Below, piece by piece: positions 43,340 through 51,300 of a stretch of 64,000 bases of DNA. The stretch is from Victivallis vadensis. Its GTDB lineage: Bacteria; Verrucomicrobiota; Kiritimatiellia; UBA8416; CAMCYG01. Below the pieces are notes generated by a model, which was not told where the DNA came from, did not search any database, and saw only the letters and a list, made by a program, of their open reading frames with translations. The stretch lies in NCBI GenBank assembly GCA_945883775.1, contig CAMCYG010000003.1, positions 6,054 to 70,053 of the forward strand, read 5' to 3'. How positions within the stretch are numbered: the first letter of the stretch is position 1; each line of letters begins with the position of its first letter. Both the position numbers and the translations under genes were made by a program.

Positions 43340-44842
43340 TTATTCCGTGATCTTTTCCACCTTGTAGCCACCACGCTGTCTGTCGCTGATGTATAAGATG
43401 CCAAAGACAAGAACCAGCACTATTGCAGAAGGCGCCATCATGCGGAATGCTATCCTTCCGCCATAATTGTCGGCCGGATTAAGGATCTTCGCAGCCTCGT
43501 CAACAACGGGAGCCTTGATGTTTGCGCCAAGTGCCGTCCTCAAAGCGTTTGCCGTTTCAGGCTGAGGAAGCTCACCTGCTGGCAGCGTCTTCACCTTGTC
43601 AAGAAATGCCCTGGCCGTATCAATGCTTGGCTGGAAGTCATTCTTAAGTTCATTCTTAGCTTCCGCCTGCAGCTTCGGAAACTCGACTGCGATCTTTTCG
43701 ATAACAGCAACTGTCTCTACAGCAGACAGCTTATCATTTAGATGCTGGTCGGCGATTTTGCCTATCAGAGGGGAAGCAATCATTCCTGACGCAAGCATAC
43801 CCATGCCGCCCATCAGCGCCAACGCAAGCGCTCCACCTTTCGGCACCCTTTCCGCCACCAGACCAACCATTGTCGGCCAGAAATAGCAAACGCCAACCGC
43901 AAAGACCGTCGATGCCGCAAGTGCCATCTTTATGGATTCCGCATAGCTCAACCAGTAAAGGCCGGCGCCACTAATAATTGCGGAGCCTAGCAGAAGACCA
44001 GTCGGTGAGAATTTATGAACAAAGGGCCCGGCAAAGTATCGCAGGACCGCCATAAGTCCAGTTATCCAGACGAGAACAAGTATGCCGTGCATTCCCCCAG
44101 CCTGCAGAATCGAAGGGATCCAGCGGTTCGGGCCGAGTTCAAGCGAGGCTGTCAGGCCCATGCAGAGGAACATTATAATGAACAAAGGCCTCATAAGCGT
44201 GGCCTTCATCATCCCGCCAAAAGATATGCCGGAACGGACACGCTCAGTGACCGGATAAGTCTGGCCCATTGCCAGGAACCCATACACTAAAGCTGGGATC
44301 ATAATAAGGCAAAGCCTGAGTTTCCAGGACATGACGCCAAGCTGGGCCAGCCCAAAACAGGCAAGGCCGCCGATCACTATACCACCCGGGAACCACATAT
44401 GAAATTTATTCAGCCTTGTCGTCTTGTCATCCGGATACAACGTTGCAACAAGAGGGTTACAGACAGCTTCCACCGTGCCGTTGCCTATAGCAAGCACAAG
44501 TGCGCCGGCAAAAAGCATCGTAAACCCATTGGCAAATATCATAATTGCCGGCCCTGCCATATGACACAGAAACGCGAAACCTAGAAGCCGCTTCATCCCC
44601 AACGCATCGCAAAACGGGCCTAGCACGATAATTGACAGAGTGAAGCCCCAGAGCGCAGCTCCTCCAATCCAGCCTACCTGCTCGTTAGTCAAAACAAAAT
44701 GAGTCTTGAGCGCACCCATAATGTCACCTATTACCGCGAACGCAACTGCGGTTGCTATCAGAGCCAGACAGCTGCCGACAAACAATCGCGCTGCATGAAC
44801 ACTGCTCACCCCGTGAACTGCTGATGGATCCGAATTAGACAT
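43340..44842 (-). CDS. MFS transporter with C-terminal hydrophilic domain plus an extra TM helix
   Basis: ATG at 44842 follows AGGAGG. 500 aa; the core MFS is followed by a ~100-aa helical hydrophilic segment and a final hydrophobic helix. Confidence 0.75.
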   Translation of the reverse strand: MSNSDPSAVHGVSSVHAARLFVGSCLALIATAVAFAVIGDIMGALKTHFVLTNEQVGWIGGAALWGFTLSIIVLGPFCDALGMKRLLGFAFLCHMAGPAIMIFANGFTMLFAGALVLAIGNGTVEAVCNPLVATLYPDDKTTRLNKFHMWFPGGIVIGGLACFGLAQLGVMSWKLRLCLIMIPALVYGFLAMGQTYPVTERVRSGISFGGMMKATLMRPLFIIMFLCMGLTASLELGPNRWIPSILQAGGMHGILVLVWITGLMAVLRYFAGPFVHKFSPTGLLLGSAIISGAGLYWLSYAESIKMALAASTVFAVGVCYFWPTMVGLVAERVPKGGALALALMGGMGMLASGMIASPLIGKIADQHLNDKLSAVETVAVIEKIAVEFPKLQAEAKNELKNDFQPSIDTARAFLDKVKTLPAGELPQPETANALRTALGANIKAPVVDEAAKILNPADNYGGRIAFRMMAPSAIVLVLVFGILYISDRQRGGYKVEKITE

Positions 44843-45032
44843 ACTACCTCCTGTTGTTTTTAATCTGCTTTCCCTCACATCTGCAACAAATGCACTTTGA
44901 TTTCTACCCCAAAGATTAATCCTAAGCAATGCTGAAGAACGAGCCACCAACTCTTAATGTTAGAGACGGTACATAAAACATCTAATCTTGTCTTGTATTT
45001 ATACTGCAATTTCTTGTACTATTTCGGCGCTG

Positions 45033-45746
45033 ATGAATTCCTCAAACTTACAGATAGAAGCATTTAGGCAACTCTACCAGTACCTGCCAGACGTCTATTT
45101 CTTCGCAAAAGACATTAACTGCAAGTTCATTATGGCGAATACCACATTTGTAGAAAAATGCGGAGCACACAAAGAATCGGATATAATAGGAAAAACGGAT
45201 TACGACCTCTTTCCGCATGATCGCGCCGAGATATACATAAAGGACGATCAGTATGTCATGTCGACAGGGCAGAGCATCATAAACAAAGTCGAACTCGCCC
45301 CGGAATCTGACAATTCGATGAACTGGTTCATCACCAATAAAGTGCCCTTACGCTCGCATGACGGCAAAATCGTCGGTCTAGCAGGAATTGCGCGTGACCT
45401 AAACAAGGCGATAACATCGCTAACCCCCTACTCTCATATGTCAGGAGTCCTCAAATACATCAACGACCACCATATGGAGGAGATCGAGATTCACGACCTT
45501 GCCGAAATGGTGCATCTATCTGTCAGCCAATTCGAGCGGAAGTTTAAAAAGACGTTTCAGTTAAGCCCCGTGAAGCATATTACCAACGTAAGGATAAATT
45601 CCGCCAAGCAGCAGCTGGCATTATCCAGCAAAAAAATATCCTCCATCGCACAGGACGCCGGATTCTACGACCATAGCCACCTCACCCGCGAATTCATACG
45701 GCACACCGGAATGACCCCCACCCAGTATCGCAAGAAGATGGGATGA
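45033..45746 (+). CDS. PAS-domain AraC-family transcriptional regulator
   Basis: N-terminal PAS-like fold (...FFAKDINCKFIMAN...GLAGIARD) and C-terminal AraC HTH (...HLTREFIRHTGMTPTQYRK). First ATG is at 45033; the track start at 44988 is a TTG. Confidence 0.8.
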   Translation: MNSSNLQIEAFRQLYQYLPDVYFFAKDINCKFIMANTTFVEKCGAHKESDIIGKTDYDLFPHDRAEIYIKDDQYVMSTGQSIINKVELAPESDNSMNWFITNKVPLRSHDGKIVGLAGIARDLNKAITSLTPYSHMSGVLKYINDHHMEEIEIHDLAEMVHLSVSQFERKFKKTFQLSPVKHITNVRINSAKQQLALSSKKISSIAQDAGFYDHSHLTREFIRHTGMTPTQYRKKMG

Positions 45747-45857
45747 GGAATTGCAAAGGATTTACAATTCCTCCAGCGGAACGTATGAACGTTCCGATGC
45801 CTCGGGGCTGACAATATCGGAATTGCTTCTTCCTATAGTCGGCAGTTGAACTGCCGA
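45747..45857. repeat. Three consecutive hairpins downstream of the AraC gene
   Basis: GGAATTG-11 nt-CAATTCC; CGGAACGT-atga-ACGTTCCG; CTATAG-TCGGCAGT-tga-ACTGCCGA. The GGAACG stem recurs at 54767. Confidence 0.7.
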
Positions 45858-45901
45858 TGAACCAAAACGGCAACCGTCTGGCACAACATTATAAAGGCGC
45901 A

Positions 45902-46531
45902 TCAAACAGGTTTCGCTTTTTGTCCAAAATACGTCTTTTTGAACCAGGCATATGCCGCCACAAGAACGACACAAAACACTATTACGGCTACGGTTGCCTG
46001 CTTTGAGTATTGCTTGATGATCGCCTCATTCTCACCACATTGGAAACCGATATAGACAAGGATCGCGCACCATATCCCCGAGCCAAGTCCCGTAAAGAAA
46101 AGGAAATGCGACATCTTCATCTTTGCAAGTCCGGCAGGCAGAGAGACATATTGACGAATACCCGGAATCAATCGTCCGGTAAACGTCCCGATCTCGCCAT
46201 GCTCCCTGAAAAAATCTTCCGCCTTTATGTATGTTTTTTGAGATATAAAGAAATATTTGCCGTATTTCAAAAGGAAAGGCCGACCCACATAGAGAGCCAA
46301 CACATAATTTAGAATAGCACCTAACCAGCTCCCCAAAATACCCATAAATATCGCAACATACGCATTCATCTCACCCTTCGACGCAAGATAGCCAGCCTGC
46401 GGCATTACCAGCTCACTTGGAAATGGTATAAAAGAACTCTCAATGAACATTAAAAATGCTATGCCGAGGTAACCCAAAGTCCTGACAAGCTCCACGCTCC
46501 ATGCGACCATCTCACCAAAAAAATGTTCCAT
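45902..46531 (-). CDS. DedA-family inner membrane protein
   Basis: 209 aa; ...FIESSFIPFPSE... and GRLIPGIRQYVSLPAG motifs. Confidence 0.85.
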   Translation of the reverse strand: MEHFFGEMVAWSVELVRTLGYLGIAFLMFIESSFIPFPSELVMPQAGYLASKGEMNAYVAIFMGILGSWLGAILNYVLALYVGRPFLLKYGKYFFISQKTYIKAEDFFREHGEIGTFTGRLIPGIRQYVSLPAGLAKMKMSHFLFFTGLGSGIWCAILVYIGFQCGENEAIIKQYSKQATVAVIVFCVVLVAAYAWFKKTYFGQKAKPV

Positions 46532-46557
46532 ACTATTTTTCCTTACTATTTTTCTTA

Positions 46558-46589
46558 ATGTAGCGGGCAGAAAATAGACTTTCTGCCGC
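46558..46589. repeat. GTAG-headed REP-like hairpin
   Basis: ATGTAGC-GGGCAGAAA-atagac-TTTCTGCC. The leading TTTCTTAATGTAGC is identical to the 14 nt ending at 38373 (38360-38373). Confidence 0.8.
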
Positions 46590-46692
46590 TATTTGGCAAT
46601 AGAGGAAAGCGCTAAACATACAAATCTTCACCTTGTTCTTCCTTAGTGGTGAAACATTCTTCTGTTTTACCCAAGAGTCAACAATCCACCGT

Positions 46693-47727
46693 CTACATCT
46701 TAATCAACGCCTTCATCACTCCGTCGCGATAACCGGCGACTACATCAAAAGCCTTCTTAACATCCTTTAATGCAAACCTGTGCGTTATCATGGGGTCAGG
46801 CCTGATCTTTCTGCTGCCAATCATCCTGACAGCATCATGGTCGCAGCCGTTCTGACGCCTGACATTCTGGAGCGTAATCTCCTTCCTCCGCAGATCCTCC
46901 ATCTTGAACGAAACACGGTCAACCGTAGGAATACCGATTATCATCAGCTTTCCTCCAGGCTTAAGGATCGATATAGCCTGATCCAGTGCAGCCTGCTTGC
47001 CGCAACAGTCGAAAACGATGTCGAGCTGTGCTTTCTCTTTTCCGTTGATTGCCTTGTCAACCTCAAGAACGTCCGGGTTGCCAGCCCAGACAGCACCCGT
47101 CTTTTTTGCAAGTTTCAAGCGCTCTGCTATCTTGTCTGTCACATACACACGCCCGACTCCGCATGCCTTCAGCATCAGATGAACGCTCATCCCAATCGGC
47201 CCATAGCCAAGTATGCCGACATTCCTGTCTTTGACATTACCAGCAGACCGCACAGCATAAAGACCAATTGCCAGCGGCTCAGCAAGAGCGCCCTGCTCAG
47301 CCGTCATACCCGTCGGCATTTTTATGCAGTTCGCCTCCGGCATTACTATGTATTCAGAAAGACAGCCTGCTATTTGGCCCGGACAGCCGAGGAACTTTAT
47401 TTTCCGGCAGGTATGCGGCCGGCCAACACGGCACTGATCACACGAACCGCAATTTATAGCCGGCTCTATAGCAACAAGATCGCCGGGTTTCAGGGATTTT
47501 ACCGAGGAACCTACGCTCTCAACAATGCCGGAACACTCGTGCCCCACCGCGAATGGATATTTGACGACCTGACTTCCGATTCTGCCGGTGAGATAGTAGT
47601 GCACATCGGAGCCGCAGACTCCGATTGCCTTCATCCTGACAAGCACGTCAGTTCTGGATATGAGCCTCGGAACCGGCCGCTCGACCAGCTTCATCTTTCT
47701 TAAACCTGTCAGCACCGCAGATTTCAT
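46693..47727 (-). CDS. Zinc-dependent polyol dehydrogenase (sorbitol/L-iditol dehydrogenase-like MDR)
   Basis: 344 aa from ATG at 47727; the longer ORF N-terminus is translated REP sequence. GVCGSDVHYY..GRIG, GHE, and structural zinc CGSCDQCRVGRPHTC. Confidence 0.85.
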   Translation of the reverse strand: MKSAVLTGLRKMKLVERPVPRLISRTDVLVRMKAIGVCGSDVHYYLTGRIGSQVVKYPFAVGHECSGIVESVGSSVKSLKPGDLVAIEPAINCGSCDQCRVGRPHTCRKIKFLGCPGQIAGCLSEYIVMPEANCIKMPTGMTAEQGALAEPLAIGLYAVRSAGNVKDRNVGILGYGPIGMSVHLMLKACGVGRVYVTDKIAERLKLAKKTGAVWAGNPDVLEVDKAINGKEKAQLDIVFDCCGKQAALDQAISILKPGGKLMIIGIPTVDRVSFKMEDLRRKEITLQNVRRQNGCDHDAVRMIGSRKIRPDPMITHRFALKDVKKAFDVVAGYRDGVMKALIKM

Positions 47728-47744
47728 TGTGCGTCTCTCTTTAA

Positions 47745-47812
47745 CCGGCTCACCCAGAGGGTTCGCCCTACCTTTCAGGAATTGGGTAGGGCGAGGCGTC
47801 CCTGCCGAGCCG
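47745..47812. repeat. Inverted REP-like pair, GTAGGGCGA family
   Basis: CCGGCTCACCCAGAGGGTTCGCCCTAC ctttcaggaattgg GTAGGGCGAGGCGTCCCTGCCGAGCCG. Halves are near-identical to those at 36067-36133 but in permuted order. Confidence 0.8.
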
Positions 47813-47871
47813 TCTTCGTTTGGTGGCATCCAACGTTGGCCACATCAAGTTAATCTGTGGGCAACGCTCTT

Positions 47872-49092
47872 CTATCTTTTCCCAAATCCCTCAATCACCA
47901 GACTCCCCAGCGTGCTGTAGAACTTTATCCTGTCTTCCGAATTAGCAAATGCAGAATCGGGCACGCCCTTTGAGTCCACAAATCCATCCTGCCCATTTAC
48001 CTTCTTAAACTGGTGAGCAGCAACAACACAGGCTCCCTCCCAGAAAATTGGCTTGAGCGATTCAGGCACACTAACGCCAGCCTTACAGGTCGGCTCGATC
48101 GGAATCTTGTCCAGCGTGTTATGCTCCGTCCCGGCTACGACGACTATCCCTGCTCCGCGCAGAGCCTTCACATATTTCTCCAGAACGGCAGGTTCATTCC
48201 GCATCGGAATTACTTCTGCCATATGGATATTCATCGTCTTGAGGCGCTTAACAAGCTCGTCCACCGGTTCCTCGAATTCGCAGAGCTTGGACGCACCGTC
48301 TGCCAGCGTCGGATAGCAGGGAATGCCGCCAAGTTCAAGTATCAGTGTAAATGCTTCTGCGAAGGACACAAACTCCTCTTTTATGAACGCAGGCCTTCCA
48401 GCCTTCATCATTCTGGAACGTATCTCGCCCTGGACCTGCACGGCATCGTCAGGCTTCTTCAGCTCCTCACCAAACACAGCGTTAAAAAGCTTCTGCCTCT
48501 GTGAGACATCAAGCCGTTCGAATATCACCTCCTGAAAGGCCTGAGCAAGATGCCGCTCCTGAAGCACAACATATTCAGCCCTGACATTGTGCCGTTTGAC
48601 GACCCGCCGAACGACTTCCTTGTCGGAAAGAGCAGGATCAAATCCGCCAGCATGAAAAATATGGTCTATCTTGGCAGCCATATCCATCATCCGTTTTGTA
48701 TCACTGCTCCTTATCAAATCCATATACTTCTGAGCTACAGGGGTGAGCTTCTCAAACATGGTAATTCCCTTGCCGCATATATAGATCCTGCCTGGATTGC
48801 CATGGTCGTTGATCCGCTTCCCGGATTTAATATATTCATCCAACAGCGCTATCACCTCGATACCATAAAGAGGGAATATGCCGACCTTGGCGGCAAGCTG
48901 GCTGAAATCAGCATAGACTTCATGATAGTAGTAATTACTCACGCCTACGGCGTTCATCTTCTCTGCAGCAGCCATCTTTACAGCTTCTTCGATGGTGTCG
49001 AATGCCGAGAAATTAGGCGGTAGATGGATATGAGAATTAGACCTGCCAACGGTCATTTGCCCACGGTTACTTTTAGCCTTCTCCGAGAGCAC
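47872..49092 (-). CDS. Conserved hypothetical metal-dependent hydrolase-like protein (HxH motif; PHP/amidohydrolase-like), function unknown
   Basis: ...GRSNSHIHLPPNFSAF...GTEHN... The start is uncertain: GTG at 49092 has AGGGGA upstream, ATGs lie at 49056 and 49131, and the 49170 ATG sits inside the palindrome. Confidence 0.55.
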   Translation of the reverse strand: MLSEKAKSNRGQMTVGRSNSHIHLPPNFSAFDTIEEAVKMAAAEKMNAVGVSNYYYHEVYADFSQLAAKVGIFPLYGIEVIALLDEYIKSGKRINDHGNPGRIYICGKGITMFEKLTPVAQKYMDLIRSSDTKRMMDMAAKIDHIFHAGGFDPALSDKEVVRRVVKRHNVRAEYVVLQERHLAQAFQEVIFERLDVSQRQKLFNAVFGEELKKPDDAVQVQGEIRSRMMKAGRPAFIKEEFVSFAEAFTLILELGGIPCYPTLADGASKLCEFEEPVDELVKRLKTMNIHMAEVIPMRNEPAVLEKYVKALRGAGIVVVAGTEHNTLDKIPIEPTCKAGVSVPESLKPIFWEGACVVAAHQFKKVNGQDGFVDSKGVPDSAFANSEDRIKFYSTLGSLVIEGFGKR

Positions 49093-49145
49093 CTGTATAT
49101 CCCCTGCGTTTTTTACAAGATCAATAATCATGACCGGCAGTATAT

Positions 49146-49176
49146 GTAAATTTGCGTGCATTGCACGCAAATTTAC
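49146..49176. promoter_or_regulatory. Perfect 15+1+15 bp palindrome, candidate operator in a divergent intergenic region
   Basis: GTAAATTTGCGTGCA t TGCACGCAAATTTAC, verified base by base. Lies 43-73 nt upstream of the ATG at 49219. Confidence 0.6.
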
Positions 49177-49218
49177 GGTACATATTCCCTTAGGTTAGGA
49201 ATTATGGGAGGAGAATAT

Positions 49219-49431
49219 ATGGCATCGAAGAAACCACTAAAGAAGATGAGCATCAGGGAAGTAAAGTTCTTCAAGATCGCAAACCGAAAGGGATTCGCTA
49301 CCATTGCTAAAAACAACCTCACCGAAGGCCGCACTGTCTATCAGGCTTACAGCCGAATGGTAAAGGCCTGCAAACGTATGGGCTACGAACTGCCCCTGGC
49401 CGCAGGCGTTACGCTTCCTAAACCGAAATGA
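49219..49431 (+). CDS. Small (70 aa) highly basic hypothetical protein
   Basis: GGGAGGAG 5 nt before the ATG at 49219. MASKKPLKKMSIREVKFFKIANRKGF... has 17 K/R against 3 D/E. No family recognised. Confidence 0.5.
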   Translation: MASKKPLKKMSIREVKFFKIANRKGFATIAKNNLTEGRTVYQAYSRMVKACKRMGYELPLAAGVTLPKPK

Positions 49432-49523
49432 GAATTTCGGTTTTGTGCAAAGTGTAAGGTTTAAAGTACAAGGCAGTTCTAGCTGACTTCTTTTAACTTT
49501 ACACTTATACGGCTTTGAGTCCG

Positions 49524-51206
49524 TTACTTCGCTTTCGCCAACAATTCAGCTTCTGCTTCCTGAGTCCAGAGACCGTCCTGCATCTTATCCACAACGGTCG
49601 GATAAACTGCAGCCAGCTTGCTCAGAGGGATCAGGCCCATCTCATGCAGTTCAGGATAGACAATGATCTTACCAGATAGCGTCCTGTTCTCCACCGCAAC
49701 AAGACCCTCTATCGCTCCAGCCATTCCGCAGACCGCATCCAATGAATAATTAGTGTCCAGCTTACCGCTTTCCAGCTTGCTCAACACTACCTTCATGTCG
49801 CGCAGAACTGACCCGCTGGTCCCGAACATGTAGGCCCGCTTTGCGATGACCGCATCAATATCCATCGAATGTATCGTCGGGGCCGGTATGCCCGCAAATA
49901 TATTGATCAGACTGTCCTGCGCGCAATCAGCAAGCGCTCCTGCCACAACTGCCGGAACTGGGGCCATCACAGCCACATAAGTGAACTTGTCCTGCAGTTT
50001 CTCTTTCTGCGTATTGACCATTGAGCATGCGACACCATTTTCTTCTGCAATAGGATCCACGATCCTCCGCAATGCAGCCAGCCTAGCATCGTCAAAATCA
50101 GTCCCTACAACCGATACGCCCTCTATGCCTGTGCAGACGTTCCTGATAACGTGCATCTGCCCCATAGGCCCGCCAGCGCCGATCACGAGACATTTGTCGT
50201 TCTTCCTCAGCTCAGTGGTAACTGGTATCATCGCATAACTCTCAGACGCATCATCTCCCGGCGTCCCTATCCAGCGAGTCATCCCGTAATGTATCCGGCC
50301 AATCCCTATCGCAACAGGCGCGCCGATCTTTCTGCCGCCGAGAACTATATTTATAATACCCTTCTCTGCCAGCTTTCCACTCAACTGCTCAATGACCGTC
50401 TTCTCACTGCCGAAATATATGATGTCATCATAAGAGACGTCCTTCAGGTCGGACACTGCCTGAACTTTTTCCACGTGCGCGCCAAGCTGGTCAACTGCCT
50501 GCTGCTGAGCAGCATCAGGGCACACAATAGTGACCGACGATTTCTTATGGCTCCGGCCCATTGCATCCTTGACCCCCTTGATCTGCCGTCCGGAATCCGC
50601 CACGATGGCCAATCGTCCGCCATCCTTTACCTGCCTGCGCTCCTCGTTGAGATACGAATTCTCAACACATGCCCATGGCTCGACAAGGCATATCGCCGAT
50701 GCGCTTTTTGTTTCGCTTACCGGGATCAAGAAGCGCTCACCAGTCAAATGATCCTGGGAAATCCGCTCATCTATGATTACATACTCTTCCAGGCCGCCGT
50801 CAAAATTATATCCGAATGCCGCATTACTTCCTGCCGCAGTCTTCAAGCCGCGATAATCGGTCTGAACTAGACAGCGCTCACCAACCTTATGCTGCTGGAC
50901 TTTATCACCCACCGCTACAATTCGAATCACCGTCTCATGTCCTGGTACTACAGGCCTGTCGCCAGGAACATACGAAGGGATCCCCGCAAGCATTTCAGCA
51001 TCAGCCCCCTGCACTATCTCGCTCTTTCTGGCGTGACTGGTGAATTGCTTAAGAAGCTTGAGATCCGAAAAACAAAGTCCGTTAGCCTCAATTTTGGCAA
51101 GTATCTGGAATCCCTTTGGCTCATCGACAGGCTTACTTTTGTTAAGCTCCAGCTTTCCAGGCCCGATCAACTGTACCGCATACTGCGTCTTAGGTATTTT
51201 ATTCAT
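49524..51206 (-). CDS. Atypical 560-aa MDR-superfamily dehydrogenase with an inserted extra domain
   Basis: N-terminal GroES-like domain with GLCFSD and PGHET zinc-ligand contexts. A ~150-aa insert precedes the GAGGPMG Rossmann motif at ~aa 345. Confidence 0.7.
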   Translation of the reverse strand: MNKIPKTQYAVQLIGPGKLELNKSKPVDEPKGFQILAKIEANGLCFSDLKLLKQFTSHARKSEIVQGADAEMLAGIPSYVPGDRPVVPGHETVIRIVAVGDKVQQHKVGERCLVQTDYRGLKTAAGSNAAFGYNFDGGLEEYVIIDERISQDHLTGERFLIPVSETKSASAICLVEPWACVENSYLNEERRQVKDGGRLAIVADSGRQIKGVKDAMGRSHKKSSVTIVCPDAAQQQAVDQLGAHVEKVQAVSDLKDVSYDDIIYFGSEKTVIEQLSGKLAEKGIINIVLGGRKIGAPVAIGIGRIHYGMTRWIGTPGDDASESYAMIPVTTELRKNDKCLVIGAGGPMGQMHVIRNVCTGIEGVSVVGTDFDDARLAALRRIVDPIAEENGVACSMVNTQKEKLQDKFTYVAVMAPVPAVVAGALADCAQDSLINIFAGIPAPTIHSMDIDAVIAKRAYMFGTSGSVLRDMKVVLSKLESGKLDTNYSLDAVCGMAGAIEGLVAVENRTLSGKIIVYPELHEMGLIPLSKLAAVYPTVVDKMQDGLWTQEAEAELLAKAK

Positions 51207-51216
51207 ATTTTTTCCT

Positions 51217-51300
51217 TATCATCTACCATCTGCATTTTGTAATCTGTGATCTATGTTCTGTAATCTGAGCTTTGTAATCTGTGATTTGTAATCTATTTGA
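51217..51300. repeat. Degenerate heptanucleotide tandem array (12 units in one phase)
   Basis: TATCATC TACCATC TGCATTT TGTAATC TGTGATC TATGTTC TGTAATC TGAGCTT TGTAATC TGTGATT TGTAATC TATTTGA. Fills most of the gap between the two dehydrogenase genes (51217 onward) and runs 8 nt into the SDR coding end. Confidence 0.85.

Noticed and set aside
46693-47829. Longest-ORF N-terminal extensions (here 34 aa, MPPNEDGSAGTPRPT...)
   Set aside because: The extension is a translated GTAGGGCGA-type repeat. An internal ATG gives a normal ADH N-terminus. I trimmed similar extensions for fusA, rplJ, rplE, rpsD, lpd, the Gfo oxidoreductase (GTG 43317), the MFS (44842), the UxuB-like SDR, the GHMP kinase and the SrlD-like SDR, using RBS position and overlap with upstream genes.
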